64,000 bases of DNA from Alphaproteobacteria bacterium. Lineage in GTDB: Bacteria; Pseudomonadota; Alphaproteobacteria; Bin95. A model generated the notes under the pieces. That model ran no database searches. It had not been told where the DNA came from and saw only the letters and a list, made by a program, of their open reading frames with translations. This document shows, piece by piece, positions 27,960-37,090 of this stretch. The stretch lies in NCBI GenBank assembly GCA_040263875.1, contig JBDQJI010000003.1:19994-83993 (forward strand). The letters are read 5' to 3'. The position numbers and the translations under genes are program-made. The stretch's first letter is position 1, and each line of letters opens with the position of its first letter.

Positions 27960-29513
27960 ATGACCAAAGCCGCATTTGATGCCGTTACCCTAGAAATCCT
28001 TTGGCGCCGCATGATTTCTGCCGCAGATGAAGCTGCAAAAACACTGCAGCGCGTCTCGTTCTCTACGTTAGTGAATGAAAGCAATGATTTTGCCTGTGTG
28101 CTGACAGACGCAACCGGCGCATCGCTCGTCCAGAACACCGAAAGCATCCCCTCATTTAATGGCTGCTTACCGGTAACCGTGAAGCACTTTCTGGATGTCA
28201 TTGGTGTTAACGATATGCGCCCCGGCGATTTTCTCGTTTGCAATGATCCGTGGGTGGGTACAGGGCATCTGAATGACATCACCCTTGCAAAACCTGTTTT
28301 CCGGGATGGCAAGATCGTCGCTTTTTGTGCCTCCACCGCCCATGCGCCTGATATTGGCGGCAAGGTCCGATCCGTCGTTGCCCGGGAAGTGTTTGAGGAA
28401 GGCTTCGCCATCCCGGCCATGCACTTAATCCGGGATGGTGAGCCAGACGCAACGTTCTTCAAGCTCATGCGCGCAGCCGTTCGCACACCAGACCAAACAG
28501 AAGGCGATATTTGGGCGCAAGTCACCGCACTTGATCTGATGGAGCAACGCCTAACTGCGCTGATGGACGAGTACGCGCTGACCTCCCTTGAGGACTTCGC
28601 CGCCGAAATCCACGGCCGTTGCGAAACCGCCATGCGCGCCGCGTTCAAAGAAGCACCCGATGGCCGTTATGAGTTTGGTTTCGAGACGGATGGCATGGAT
28701 GCACCGTTCCACTACCAGGTCGCGGTAACGATTACCGGTGACCGTGTGCATGTGGATTGGACTGGAACCAGTGATCAGGTAGGCCGGGCGATCAACTGCC
28801 CCCTCGTCTACACGTTTGCCATGACATCCTATGCGTTGAAATGTGCATTCCTGCCGAACCTGCCTAACAATGAAGGCGTATTCCGCTGCATTGAAGTGAC
28901 GGCTGAGCCCGGCACGATTGTGAACCCCACACGACCGGTGGCTGTTGGCGGTCGCATGGCAACGGGTCATTACCTGCCTGTCGCCATCTTCGGGGCCTTG
29001 GCGCAAGCACTGCCCGATAAAGTGATGGCTGCCTCTGGCTCTCCGCTTTGGTCAATTATCCAGACCGGTGTTACGGACGACGGCAAACCCTACGCCAACA
29101 CGCTGTTCTTCAATGGTGGATCAGGTGCAACGGCTGAAACGGACGGCCAGAGTTGCTATTCCTGGCCGTCCAATATCTCCAATGTCCCGGTCGAGCTAAC
29201 AGAACGGAACACGCCGTTTTTTGTAGGCCGTAAGCAACTTCGTGATGGATCAGGCGGTGCTGGAGCGCAAACGGGTGGCCTAGGCCAGGAGATTGAACTT
29301 GAGCATGCCGGCACAGGCGATCTCGGCATCATCTTCATGGCAGAACGCCTACGTCACCCGGCCCATGGCCTTATGGGCGGCAAGGAAGGTGCATGCGGCG
29401 CTGTATTGATCGACGGCGAACCGGCCAATGCCCGCGCGGATCATGTTCTTAAGCCCGGCCAGACAATCACTCTGAAGCTGCCAGGTGGCGGCGGATATGG
29501 GGCCATTAAGTAA
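27960..29513 (+). CDS. hyuB: Hydantoinase B / oxoprolinase B subunit (HyuB)
   Basis: Hydantoinase_B family pattern (DPVTLEILWRRMISAADEAAKTLQRVSFS...NDPWVGTGHLNDIT...). The start MTKAAFDAV at 27960 is 14 nt after the hyuA stop. Confidence 0.85.
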   Translation: MTKAAFDAVTLEILWRRMISAADEAAKTLQRVSFSTLVNESNDFACVLTDATGASLVQNTESIPSFNGCLPVTVKHFLDVIGVNDMRPGDFLVCNDPWVGTGHLNDITLAKPVFRDGKIVAFCASTAHAPDIGGKVRSVVAREVFEEGFAIPAMHLIRDGEPDATFFKLMRAAVRTPDQTEGDIWAQVTALDLMEQRLTALMDEYALTSLEDFAAEIHGRCETAMRAAFKEAPDGRYEFGFETDGMDAPFHYQVAVTITGDRVHVDWTGTSDQVGRAINCPLVYTFAMTSYALKCAFLPNLPNNEGVFRCIEVTAEPGTIVNPTRPVAVGGRMATGHYLPVAIFGALAQALPDKVMAASGSPLWSIIQTGVTDDGKPYANTLFFNGGSGATAETDGQSCYSWPSNISNVPVELTERNTPFFVGRKQLRDGSGGAGAQTGGLGQEIELEHAGTGDLGIIFMAERLRHPAHGLMGGKEGACGAVLIDGEPANARADHVLKPGQTITLKLPGGGGYGAIK

Positions 29514-30834
29514 GCCCTAAATTCTCCCGGAGCGTTGGGCCTGCATAGTCTTTATGGTAGAGTTCCCGCCGTTGAAGCTCGGGGACAACGTGGCTGACGA
29601 AATCCTCATAGGCACCCGGCATATGCGTTGCGGCCAGCACGAATCCGTCGCAGCCTTTGCCTGTGAACCATTCTTCCATGCCGTCTGCCACCTGCTTAGC
29701 CGTGCCAACAAACTGCGCCATTTCCTTCAAGGTTCCACGGGCGGAATGTTCAACGAAATCACGGACCGTCGGGTTGGCTTTGCCTGACAGCCGGATCACG
29801 CGATCCCGGATCGCCTGAAGGCCGCTGATCGCCTCTAGCTCATCTGACGAAAACGCATCGTCCATGTCCTTGGCGGCGAAGTCATAGTTGAGCGCTTCAG
29901 ACAACAAGGCCAGCGTATCAATCGGTTGGTGTAGCTCAGCAATCATGCCGGCCTTGTCTTCAGCCTCTGCCTGGCTTTCCCCAACAATGGCATATGCAGC
30001 TGGCGTGAGGCGGAAGCTATTTGGGTCCCTGCCTGTTTTCTCGGCCAGTGCCTGGGTCTCACCATACACCCGCTGCGCATATTCCAGGTTGGGGAAGATT
30101 GCGAAAATCAGTTCTGCCCACTTAACAGCAAACTGCTGACCACGCCCGCTTTGGCCGGCTTGGATGATGACCGGGCGGCCTTGCGGCGTTGGCGGCACAG
30201 TGAAAGGCCCACGGCTCTTGAAATAAGCGCCCTCATGATTGAGCGCTTTTACCTTCGAGGGATCTGCGAAAATACCGTTGGCCTTGTCGAGAACAATTGC
30301 GTCTTCCGCCCATGTATCCCAATGGCCGTGGACGACCTCCAAAAACTCTTCCGCTCGCTCATAGCGCTCTGCATGGCCAAGCAGCGCATCTTGGCCAAAG
30401 TTCGCGGCCTCAGAATCATTCAGTGAGGTGACGACATTCCATGCAGCCCGGCCGTTGGTCATGTGGTCCAGGGTTGAGAACTGTCGGGCTGCGTGAAATG
30501 GCTCGTAATACGTTGTGGACATAGTGGCACCCAGGCCAATGCGGGATGTAACCGCCCCCATGGTTGCCAGGATCGGGATTGGATCCAGTTTCACAACACG
30601 CACGCCGTTACGAATAGACTCGTCCGCACTATCGCCATACCGGTCTGGCATAGCCAAGCGATCATCAAAGAACGCCATATGGAACTTACCGGCCTCAAGC
30701 GTCTTTGCAATCCGCTGATAATACTCAGGCCTCAGAAAGTCTGTCGCAGACTCTGGGTGGCGCCAGGACGCTGGATAGTTCGAGCAATTTTGAGCTTGCA
30801 GAAATCCCACAAGCGCCATCTGGCGTTTGGCCAT
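29506..30834 (-). CDS. LLM-class flavin-dependent monooxygenase (NtaA/SnaA/DszA/SsuD-like)
   Basis: 442 aa with a TIM-barrel luciferase-like pattern (MALVGFLQAQNCSNYPASWRHPES...HMAFFDDRLAMP...). Its 3' end overlaps the hyuB 3' end by 8 nt (convergent). Confidence 0.8.
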   Translation of the reverse strand: MAKRQMALVGFLQAQNCSNYPASWRHPESATDFLRPEYYQRIAKTLEAGKFHMAFFDDRLAMPDRYGDSADESIRNGVRVVKLDPIPILATMGAVTSRIGLGATMSTTYYEPFHAARQFSTLDHMTNGRAAWNVVTSLNDSEAANFGQDALLGHAERYERAEEFLEVVHGHWDTWAEDAIVLDKANGIFADPSKVKALNHEGAYFKSRGPFTVPPTPQGRPVIIQAGQSGRGQQFAVKWAELIFAIFPNLEYAQRVYGETQALAEKTGRDPNSFRLTPAAYAIVGESQAEAEDKAGMIAELHQPIDTLALLSEALNYDFAAKDMDDAFSSDELEAISGLQAIRDRVIRLSGKANPTVRDFVEHSARGTLKEMAQFVGTAKQVADGMEEWFTGKGCDGFVLAATHMPGAYEDFVSHVVPELQRRELYHKDYAGPTLRENLGLT

Positions 30835-30863
30835 GGTGTCTAAGTCCTAATGTACGGAAACGC

Positions 30864-31253
30864 TTAGGCGGCTTCTTTGGCGGCCTCGAAATTCAGCTCG
30901 CAGAGCACGCCGTTCGGGTCGCGCACGAACAGCTGCCAAAGCCGCCCGCCTGGAACAATACGTTCCTCGAACTCATAACCCTGGGCCTTTAGCTGCGTCT
31001 TGAAGGTCTCAAAGCCTTCAGCAGCGAATGCAACATGATCGATACAGCCAGTCTCGGTCAGCGCGGTTTCGTCCATGCCATTAACATCGATCAAGTGCAT
31101 CACTGCCTCATCGCCTGAATAAAGCCAAGCGCCGGGGAATTGAAAGTTGGGGCGGTCGCCATCTTTCAAGCCAATCGCTTCCTCCCAGAACTTCACAGTC
31201 CCGGCGAGGTCGCCAGTGCGGATATTGATATGCTGAAGAATGCCGATGCCCAT
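30864..31253 (-). CDS. VOC-family protein (glyoxalase / bleomycin resistance / extradiol dioxygenase fold)
   Basis: 129 aa with metal-ligand positions (HINIRT...HLID...HVAF...E) spaced as in glyoxalase I-like proteins. Confidence 0.75.
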   Translation of the reverse strand: MGIGILQHINIRTGDLAGTVKFWEEAIGLKDGDRPNFQFPGAWLYSGDEAVMHLIDVNGMDETALTETGCIDHVAFAAEGFETFKTQLKAQGYEFEERIVPGGRLWQLFVRDPNGVLCELNFEAAKEAA

Positions 31254-31300
31254 TGGGAGCGCTCCCGTGAATGTTTGATTCGCCTAGATTCAACGACGAA

Positions 31301-31323
31301 CAGGCCCCTGGAGCAAGGGCCTG
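31301..31323 (-). terminator. GC-rich hairpin (7-bp stem CAGGCCC/GGGCCTG, 9-nt loop) just 3' of pleD. No clear U-tract.
   Basis: A perfect inverted repeat read from the sequence, 27 nt past the pleD stop on the transcribed strand. Confidence 0.3.
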
Positions 31324-31349
31324 CGAACACGGAATTCATTCAAGAAGCG

Positions 31350-32738
31350 TTAGGCAGAAACTTGGTCAGGCTCATCCTCGGACTCAGCCGCAAATACGAC
31401 TTGGTCCCGGCCAGATGTTTTGGCCTGATAGAGCGCCGCGTCAGCCCGTGCGAGCAACGTTTCCATACTATCATTCGCCGTTGCCGTTGCGACACCGAAT
31501 GAGGATGTCATTTTGAGCTGAGTTTCACTGGCAATATCGAACGTCTCATCGGCAATTGAAGCGCGCAAGCGTTCGGCAATCCGGCTGGCGATCCCCTCTT
31601 CAGCATCGGGCGCTACAACGGCAAACTCTTCTCCGCCGAGACGCGCGATCAAGTCAGTCGCGCGGGTGCAGATGCCAAGGCGGACGACGAAATCCTTCAA
31701 GACCGCATCACCGGCAGGGTGGCCGTGGGTATCATTGACGGCCTTAAACCGATCAATATCCGCCAATATCAACGATACAGGTTGATTATGCTCTGCCCCA
31801 TGACGAAGCAACCGGGCAAAATGATCGTTGAAATAGCGACGGTTGAAAGCACCCGTCAGCGGGTCACGCGTTGCCATATCGCGGTTCTGGCGATGTTGGT
31901 CACGAAGGCGTTCATGGAAGCGATGTCGTGTGATCTGTAAGCGAATACGCGCGACCATTTCAGCATGGTCAACCGGGCGGAACGCATAGTCGCTGGCACC
32001 AAGCTCCATGCCTTTATAAAGCGCTTCAGTTTCCCAAGAATCACCGATCAACAGGATGGGAACATGGCGGGTATCCGGGCGCGCCCGCAATTGGGAGCAC
32101 ACACGCAAACCATCAACCGGGCCGGAAACTTCAAGAGCGACCAGTTCCGCATCGCCAGCGGCAATGATTTGCGCGGCTTCATCTTGATCAGCGGCTATGA
32201 TTAAGCGGCTCCGGCATATCCGGGCAGCATCTTCCATAGCTTCAATATCGCTCGCAGGCAGGTCAATCGCTACCCAAGTCGCCTCATCACCTGAAACTTC
32301 GGCGATAGAGTCTTTGATGCCAAGTTCGCCTTCAGTGGCCTCACGCAATTTGAGCTCGTCCAGAATGCGCTTAAGGCGGGTCAGTGCACGCACACGGGTA
32401 AGTAGTGCCACGTCGTTCACAGGCTTGGACAGGAATTCATCAGCGCCTGCTTCCAGGCCGCGCACACGGTCTTCAATGGAATCGAGTGCGGTCACCATAA
32501 CCACAGGCACATGGCCGAAAGCGGGGCTTTCTTTGATCTTCTCGCAGACTTCAAAGCCGGTCATACCCGGCATCATTACATCCAGCAGCACGACATCCGG
32601 CTGCTCGGTTTCCATCATTTCAAGCGCTTCAGCGCCACTGCCTGCGCAGCGCACTTCATAATATTCGGCCGTCAACCGTGCCGCCAAAAGGCGTTGGTTG
32701 ATGGGTATGTCGTCTACAACTAGGACGCGGCCGGTCAT
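31350..32738 (-). CDS. pleD: Response regulator diguanylate cyclase PleD (REC-REC-GGDEF)
   Basis: MTGRVLVVDDIPINQRLL..., two receiver domains, and a C-terminal GGDEF domain with a GGEEF active site and an RxxD I-site (RDPLTG...). It lies directly downstream of divK, as in Caulobacter. The start is taken at codon 31 of the track ORF. Confidence 0.85.
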   Translation of the reverse strand: MTGRVLVVDDIPINQRLLAARLTAEYYEVRCAGSGAEALEMMETEQPDVVLLDVMMPGMTGFEVCEKIKESPAFGHVPVVMVTALDSIEDRVRGLEAGADEFLSKPVNDVALLTRVRALTRLKRILDELKLREATEGELGIKDSIAEVSGDEATWVAIDLPASDIEAMEDAARICRSRLIIAADQDEAAQIIAAGDAELVALEVSGPVDGLRVCSQLRARPDTRHVPILLIGDSWETEALYKGMELGASDYAFRPVDHAEMVARIRLQITRHRFHERLRDQHRQNRDMATRDPLTGAFNRRYFNDHFARLLRHGAEHNQPVSLILADIDRFKAVNDTHGHPAGDAVLKDFVVRLGICTRATDLIARLGGEEFAVVAPDAEEGIASRIAERLRASIADETFDIASETQLKMTSSFGVATATANDSMETLLARADAALYQAKTSGRDQVVFAAESEDEPDQVSA

Positions 32739-32755
32739 TAGCAGGCTCCAGTCGA

Positions 32756-33151
32756 TCAACCGATATGTTGGGTGACCGTCTCCAAAAATGTCGCGACAGA
32801 AATCGGCTTCGAGATATACCCCTCGCACCCGCCTCGGCGGATACGTTCCTCATCGCCTTTCATGGCGAATGCAGTCACGGCGATAATTGGAATATCGCAC
32901 AAGGTTTCGTCATCCTTCATCCATTTCGTCACCTCCAGTCCCGACACTTCCGGAAGCTGGATGTCCATAAGAATCAGATCAGGGCGGTCATCCCGGGCAA
33001 TCGAGATTGCCTGGCGCCCATCGTTTGTTTTCAGTGTTCTGTAACCGCTGCTTTCTAAAACATCATTGAAAAGCTTCATATTCAATGGGTTATCCTCCAC
33101 AATGAGGATCGTCTTAGTTAGCGTCTTGGTCACAATAGCCTGAACCGACAT
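32756..33151 (-). CDS. divK: Single-domain response regulator DivK
   Basis: [105 protein letters not shown] is near-colinear with Caulobacter DivK. Confidence 0.85.
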   Translation of the reverse strand: MSVQAIVTKTLTKTILIVEDNPLNMKLFNDVLESSGYRTLKTNDGRQAISIARDDRPDLILMDIQLPEVSGLEVTKWMKDDETLCDIPIIAVTAFAMKGDEERIRRGGCEGYISKPISVATFLETVTQHIG

Positions 33152-33193
33152 GTTATACCCCTAACCAGTTAAGGAGACGCTAGCGCCGAATAG

Positions 33194-33210
33194 TTAACGG
33201 AACGTAACCA
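33194..33210 (-). promoter_or_regulatory. CtrA-box-like motif upstream of divK. On the divK strand it reads GTTA-N7-TTAAC, against a consensus of TTAA-N7-TTAAC.
   Basis: Forward sequence TTAACGGAACGTAACC. The reverse complement gives GTTA-cgttccg-TTAAC, with one mismatch in the first half-site and correct 7-nt spacing. It lies about 45 nt upstream of the divK start. Confidence 0.25.
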
Positions 33211-33309
33211 TAGTTTTTCCGTATTAATACCGGCGCGCGTTCAAGAGCCAATTTACGGCTCCTCTTGCGCCCATTCCGGGTTTCCGCCATAAGGACGCCT
33301 CGCCTGACC

Positions 33310-33385
33310 GGCCCCATCGTCTAGCGGTCTAGGACGTCGGCCTCTCACGCCGAAAACACGGGTTCGAGTCCCGTTGGGGTCACCA
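33310..33385 (+). tRNA. tRNA-Glu (anticodon CTC)
   Basis: A 76-nt cloverleaf: acceptor GGCCCCA/TGGGGTC (one G-U pair), a TCGTCTAGCGGTCTAGGAC D-arm typical of tRNA-Glu, anticodon stem TCGGC/GCCGA with loop CTCTCAC (anticodon CTC), a GGGTTCGAGTCCC T-arm, discriminator A, and an encoded CCA. Confidence 0.85.
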
Positions 33386-33389
33386 GCGG

Positions 33390-33406
33390 CGTTCGCTCTG
33401 CGAACG
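33390..33406 (+). terminator. Hairpin immediately 3' of the tRNA-Glu: a 7-bp perfect stem CGTTCGC/GCGAACG with a 3-nt loop. No U-tract.
   Basis: An inverted repeat read directly from the sequence. Its position 5 nt after the tRNA 3' end fits a tRNA terminator or processing hairpin. Confidence 0.3.
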
Positions 33407-33479
33407 ACCGAGGCTCCCACGTTCTCTCAGTAAACCGGCAGGCTTTTGCACAGCAAATGCCGAGAGGTCGCGCGGCAAC

Positions 33480-34037
33480 CTATTCTTCAAATGACGGCGT
33501 GCCGCCCTCATCGCCCAACCGAATATCGGCTTCAAGTACCTGCTGACCATCAGCGCCACGACTGGATCGCGCCAACATGAGCGCCTTCGCTGCGTCTTGC
33601 AGGCCATCCAAAAAGCTGTCAGCAATGTCACTGCCCGGTGCATAGATCCTTGTTGTGACGTGACGCATCAAGCCAGATGCAAATACGTTCACGGCGAAGT
33701 GCGGCGCTTGCAGGCTATTTCCACCAGAGGACGACGCGCCTGGAATAATGGTCTGAAACGCGAAATTCCCTTCAATGTCAGTCAGGCAACGCCCAAACCC
33801 TCGAACCTCTGGGTCAGCCGCCGAATCCTGGCCAGCATATCGCCCTTCAGAATCTGCCTGCCAGACTTCGATCAGCCCTTCACGAACGGGACCACCGTTC
33901 TTGTCCATTAAGCGGCCTTTGAGGGTTACATGCTGCCCAGCCGCTTTGGTGGTCGCAATGACGGGATCATCATCCCGCATGAACTCATAGGAATAGAACG
34001 GCCCGAGGGTCTGTGAAGCGGTTGGAATGCGCGTCAT
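33480..34037 (-). CDS. pcaG: Protocatechuate 3,4-dioxygenase alpha subunit
   Basis: The N-terminus TASQTLGPFYSYEFM and the intradiol dioxygenase fold pattern. It sits 3 nt downstream of pcaH. Confidence 0.8.
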   Translation of the reverse strand: MTRIPTASQTLGPFYSYEFMRDDDPVIATTKAAGQHVTLKGRLMDKNGGPVREGLIEVWQADSEGRYAGQDSAADPEVRGFGRCLTDIEGNFAFQTIIPGASSSGGNSLQAPHFAVNVFASGLMRHVTTRIYAPGSDIADSFLDGLQDAAKALMLARSSRGADGQQVLEADIRLGDEGGTPSFEE

Positions 34038-34040
34038 GAC

Positions 34041-34736
34041 CTAGTTCTCCAAGGGCGTCGCCGCCCTTCCACGCAGGACCAAGTCAAAGCGATACCCGAG
34101 CGCTTCCTCGTGCAGGCCAACACTTTCATCAGGGACAAGCATCAACCGTTCGCGCGCCTTTGGATCTGGTACCCCTTGCAGAATAGCGTCCAGGTCATTC
34201 AACGGATCACCTGGGAAATAGACCTGCGTCACCAATCGCGATACGAAGCTTGAGCCATAGGCGGAGACATGGATGTGCGGAGGGCGCCACCAGCCATCTG
34301 TGTTCGGAACAGGGTATGCGCCAGGGCGGATGGTCAGGAACACCACTTCGCCTTTATCATCAGCGAGGCCCCTGCCCCAGGAGCGGAAGTTGCCATCGAT
34401 TGGCGCTTTTCGCTGATCAACTGGATGCTGGTACTTACCTGCAGCGTTTGCTTGCCATAGCTCAATCAACGCACCCGGCTGCGGGCGATCATCCTCATCA
34501 ACAACTCGAACGACAATGCGGATAAGCTGCCCAATAGCGAAGCCATCAACACCAGAAACGAGATTCTGATCCACGGGAGGCGGCGTCTCAAAGCGCGGGC
34601 CGGATAGTTCCGTCAACGTACGCAGCGGCGGCATCTGCCCACCTGGTGCTAATGTCCCGGTACGGAAATAGCCCGCTGTTTTGTATTTGGGCTGCGAGCC
34701 CTCAGGCAGCGGATCATAAACCTTGTCTGTCGTCAT
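34041..34736 (-). CDS. pcaH: Protocatechuate 3,4-dioxygenase beta subunit (catalytic, non-haem Fe(III))
   Basis: Intradiol dioxygenase core with Tyr/His Fe ligands (PAHIHVSAYGSSF..., RIVVRVVDEDDRPQPGALIELWQANAAGKY). Typical PcaH length of 231 aa. Confidence 0.8.
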   Translation of the reverse strand: MTTDKVYDPLPEGSQPKYKTAGYFRTGTLAPGGQMPPLRTLTELSGPRFETPPPVDQNLVSGVDGFAIGQLIRIVVRVVDEDDRPQPGALIELWQANAAGKYQHPVDQRKAPIDGNFRSWGRGLADDKGEVVFLTIRPGAYPVPNTDGWWRPPHIHVSAYGSSFVSRLVTQVYFPGDPLNDLDAILQGVPDPKARERLMLVPDESVGLHEEALGYRFDLVLRGRAATPLEN

Positions 34737-34757
34737 GAGACCATTCCTTTTTGCAGC

Positions 34758-35942
34758 CTATGCAGCAGCGCTCCAACGGTTGACCAGACGCTCGAAGAAT
34801 TGGCCACCTTTAGCCAATTGCTCCAGCGCCAGGAATTCATCGGGCTTATGAGCCTGGGCGATATCGCCAGGACCGCAGACGACCGTTGGGATGTCGCCCA
34901 TTTCCTGGAACAGGCCAGCCTCTGTGCCGTAGGCGACCTTGCCATGATCATTTCGTTCAGCGCAGCTTTTAGCCAAGCGGACGACCTCATGCCCTGGATC
35001 AATCTCTAGGCCCGGAATAACGGAGCGTTCGATAAGCTCAAACCCGCAATCAGCGGATACGGCTTTCATCTGTGGCTCAAGCTCATTGCGGATATAATCC
35101 GTAAGCTGCGCCATGATATCCGCTGGATTATCAGCGGGCACATAGCGGAATTCAAAATCAAACTCGCACTTATTTGGAACGATATTTACGGCGGAACCAC
35201 CTTTCATCACACCCGTATGGACTGTTGTATGAGGCATATCGAACATTTCATCCCGGGCGCCAGACGTGATCTTCTCGCGCATCAGCTTACGCAAAAATAC
35301 AACGGCTTCGGATGCATATTCAACTGCGTTCACGCCCTGTGGCGCCAGGCTGGAATGGCATTCAAGGCCGGTAACGATGCCCTTGTAGCTCCATTTGCCT
35401 TTATGCGCAGTCACTGGCTGCATACTTGTCGGCTCGCCCACGATACACATCGCTGGGTTCATGGTTTTGCGGTTCAGCTCCTCAATCAGCCCACGAACGC
35501 CCAGGCAACCAACTTCTTCGTCATAAGAGATTGCATAATGGATTGGCGAGGCCAAGCTCGCAGCCTGGAATGCTGGTGCAGACGCCAGTGCGAGTGCGAC
35601 AAAGCCTTTCATATCGCAGGAGCCGCGCCCAAACAGCTTGTCGTCCCGTTCCACCAAATTGAACGGATCATCTGTCCACGCCTGCCCTTCGACCGGTACC
35701 ACATCGACATGGCCAGATAGAATCAAGCCACCGTCTACCTGCGGCCCGATGGTGGCGAACAAGTTCGCCTTGTTGCCGTCCTCATTATAAACGCGCTCGG
35801 TCGCAATACCGAGATCGGCAAAATACCGCTCGATATACTGAATCAGCTCCAAGTTGGAGAGATGGCTAACCGTGTTGAAGCCGACCAAGTCCGTCAGAAG
35901 GGTTCGCGCGCGGGCGTTGATCGTTGCGGCTGTCTCTACCAT
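34758..35942 (-). CDS. M20-family metallopeptidase / ArgE-DapE-type deacylase (acetylornithine deacetylase-like)
   Basis: LSGHVDVVPV...GRGSCDMKGF...H/E metal ligands of the M20 family. It is 394 aa. Confidence 0.8.
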   Translation of the reverse strand: MVETAATINARARTLLTDLVGFNTVSHLSNLELIQYIERYFADLGIATERVYNEDGNKANLFATIGPQVDGGLILSGHVDVVPVEGQAWTDDPFNLVERDDKLFGRGSCDMKGFVALALASAPAFQAASLASPIHYAISYDEEVGCLGVRGLIEELNRKTMNPAMCIVGEPTSMQPVTAHKGKWSYKGIVTGLECHSSLAPQGVNAVEYASEAVVFLRKLMREKITSGARDEMFDMPHTTVHTGVMKGGSAVNIVPNKCEFDFEFRYVPADNPADIMAQLTDYIRNELEPQMKAVSADCGFELIERSVIPGLEIDPGHEVVRLAKSCAERNDHGKVAYGTEAGLFQEMGDIPTVVCGPGDIAQAHKPDEFLALEQLAKGGQFFERLVNRWSAAA

Positions 35943-36937
35943 TAGGCGTCCAATCCAAATACGCGTCGAGCGTTGCCGCCCAGGATGCCGGCCTTGTCGG
36001 CGGCTGAGAGATTTGCACCCTCAACAACCTTGGTCGGCTGAAAATCGCCAATCGGGAACGGCCAATCTGAGCCGAGCATAATTTTATCCGCTCCGACCTT
36101 GCTAACCAGGAAATCCAATGTCGACGGCTCAAACACAATAGTATCGAAATACATGCGTCTAAATTCAGCAGAAGGGTCAGCGCAGGTGTCTTTGTGCAGA
36201 TCATAGTGCCGCATCAAACGGCCAAGCGCATACGGCAATGCCGCCCCGCCTGTCGCGGCGACGACTTTGGCACCGGGGTTCTTCGACAGCACGCCGCCGA
36301 ATAAAAGGCGCGCAATACCTGTCGAAAGGTCATTAATACGGGCTACTGCATTCACCATGTCGTAGCCGGTAACGCGCTTGTCGATGGTGTCATATTCCGG
36401 ATGAATGAAGACTGCCGCTTCAAGGTCTGACGCTGCGGCCCAGAACGGCGCCAGTTGTGCATCATCCAGCCCTGCCTCTAACCCCATCCCAACGCCTGAT
36501 GGCTGGGTGCCGATCATAACGCCCTTGAAGCCGTCCTTCATGGCTGCTTCAAGCACGCGGGCTGCGCGATCACCGTCCTGCAAAGGAACTGTGCAGAGTG
36601 GAAACAACGCATCGTCCTTGCTGGCGGATTCCATCAGCACGTCATTTGTGAACTTAGCCCAGGCCTCGCCTTCGTTAGCTGGAAGCTCGTAGCCAAATGC
36701 ATCCAACCAACCGCCGACAACTTGGGCGTCCAGTTTCTCGCGTTCCATCCACTGATGGCGCTCATCGGTCTCGCGCAAGCGCGGCATCACGGGGCGGGTT
36801 GGCGCGCGTTGCATGAATGACAGGCGATACTTGCCGTCACTCGCAAGCAACTCGATCGACGGGAACTTGTCGATCACTTTACCGAGGCGCTCAAACATGA
36901 GCTCCGGCGCGTAGTGGGCGTGGCAATCAATGATCAT
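35942..36937 (-). CDS. Amidohydrolase_2 family protein (ACMSD/LigW-like, possibly a metal-dependent decarboxylase)
   Basis: N-terminal IIDCHAHY and C-terminal MLGSDWPFPIGD metal-binding motifs of the amidohydrolase-2 / ACMSD family. Its stop overlaps the M20 gene start. Confidence 0.75.
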   Translation of the reverse strand: MIIDCHAHYAPELMFERLGKVIDKFPSIELLASDGKYRLSFMQRAPTRPVMPRLRETDERHQWMEREKLDAQVVGGWLDAFGYELPANEGEAWAKFTNDVLMESASKDDALFPLCTVPLQDGDRAARVLEAAMKDGFKGVMIGTQPSGVGMGLEAGLDDAQLAPFWAAASDLEAAVFIHPEYDTIDKRVTGYDMVNAVARINDLSTGIARLLFGGVLSKNPGAKVVAATGGAALPYALGRLMRHYDLHKDTCADPSAEFRRMYFDTIVFEPSTLDFLVSKVGADKIMLGSDWPFPIGDFQPTKVVEGANLSAADKAGILGGNARRVFGLDA

Positions 36938-37090
36938 TGCGTTCAGGCCCCCGCCAGCAGCGTATCGTAGAATTTAATTGGCTGGCCTAAAGAATCGTCC
37001 TGCAATGCGCCGTCGCGCACGCCAACATCGCCTTCAGCAACGCCGCCGGGCGTCACCAGAGAGCCGGATTGGATAACCAAATCGAATTGT

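Noticed and set aside
31254-31349. Possible small RNA between pleD and the VOC gene
   Set aside because: The interval is only 96 nt and contains a single GC hairpin that is adequately explained as the pleD terminator. I found no promoter-like elements in the orientation needed.
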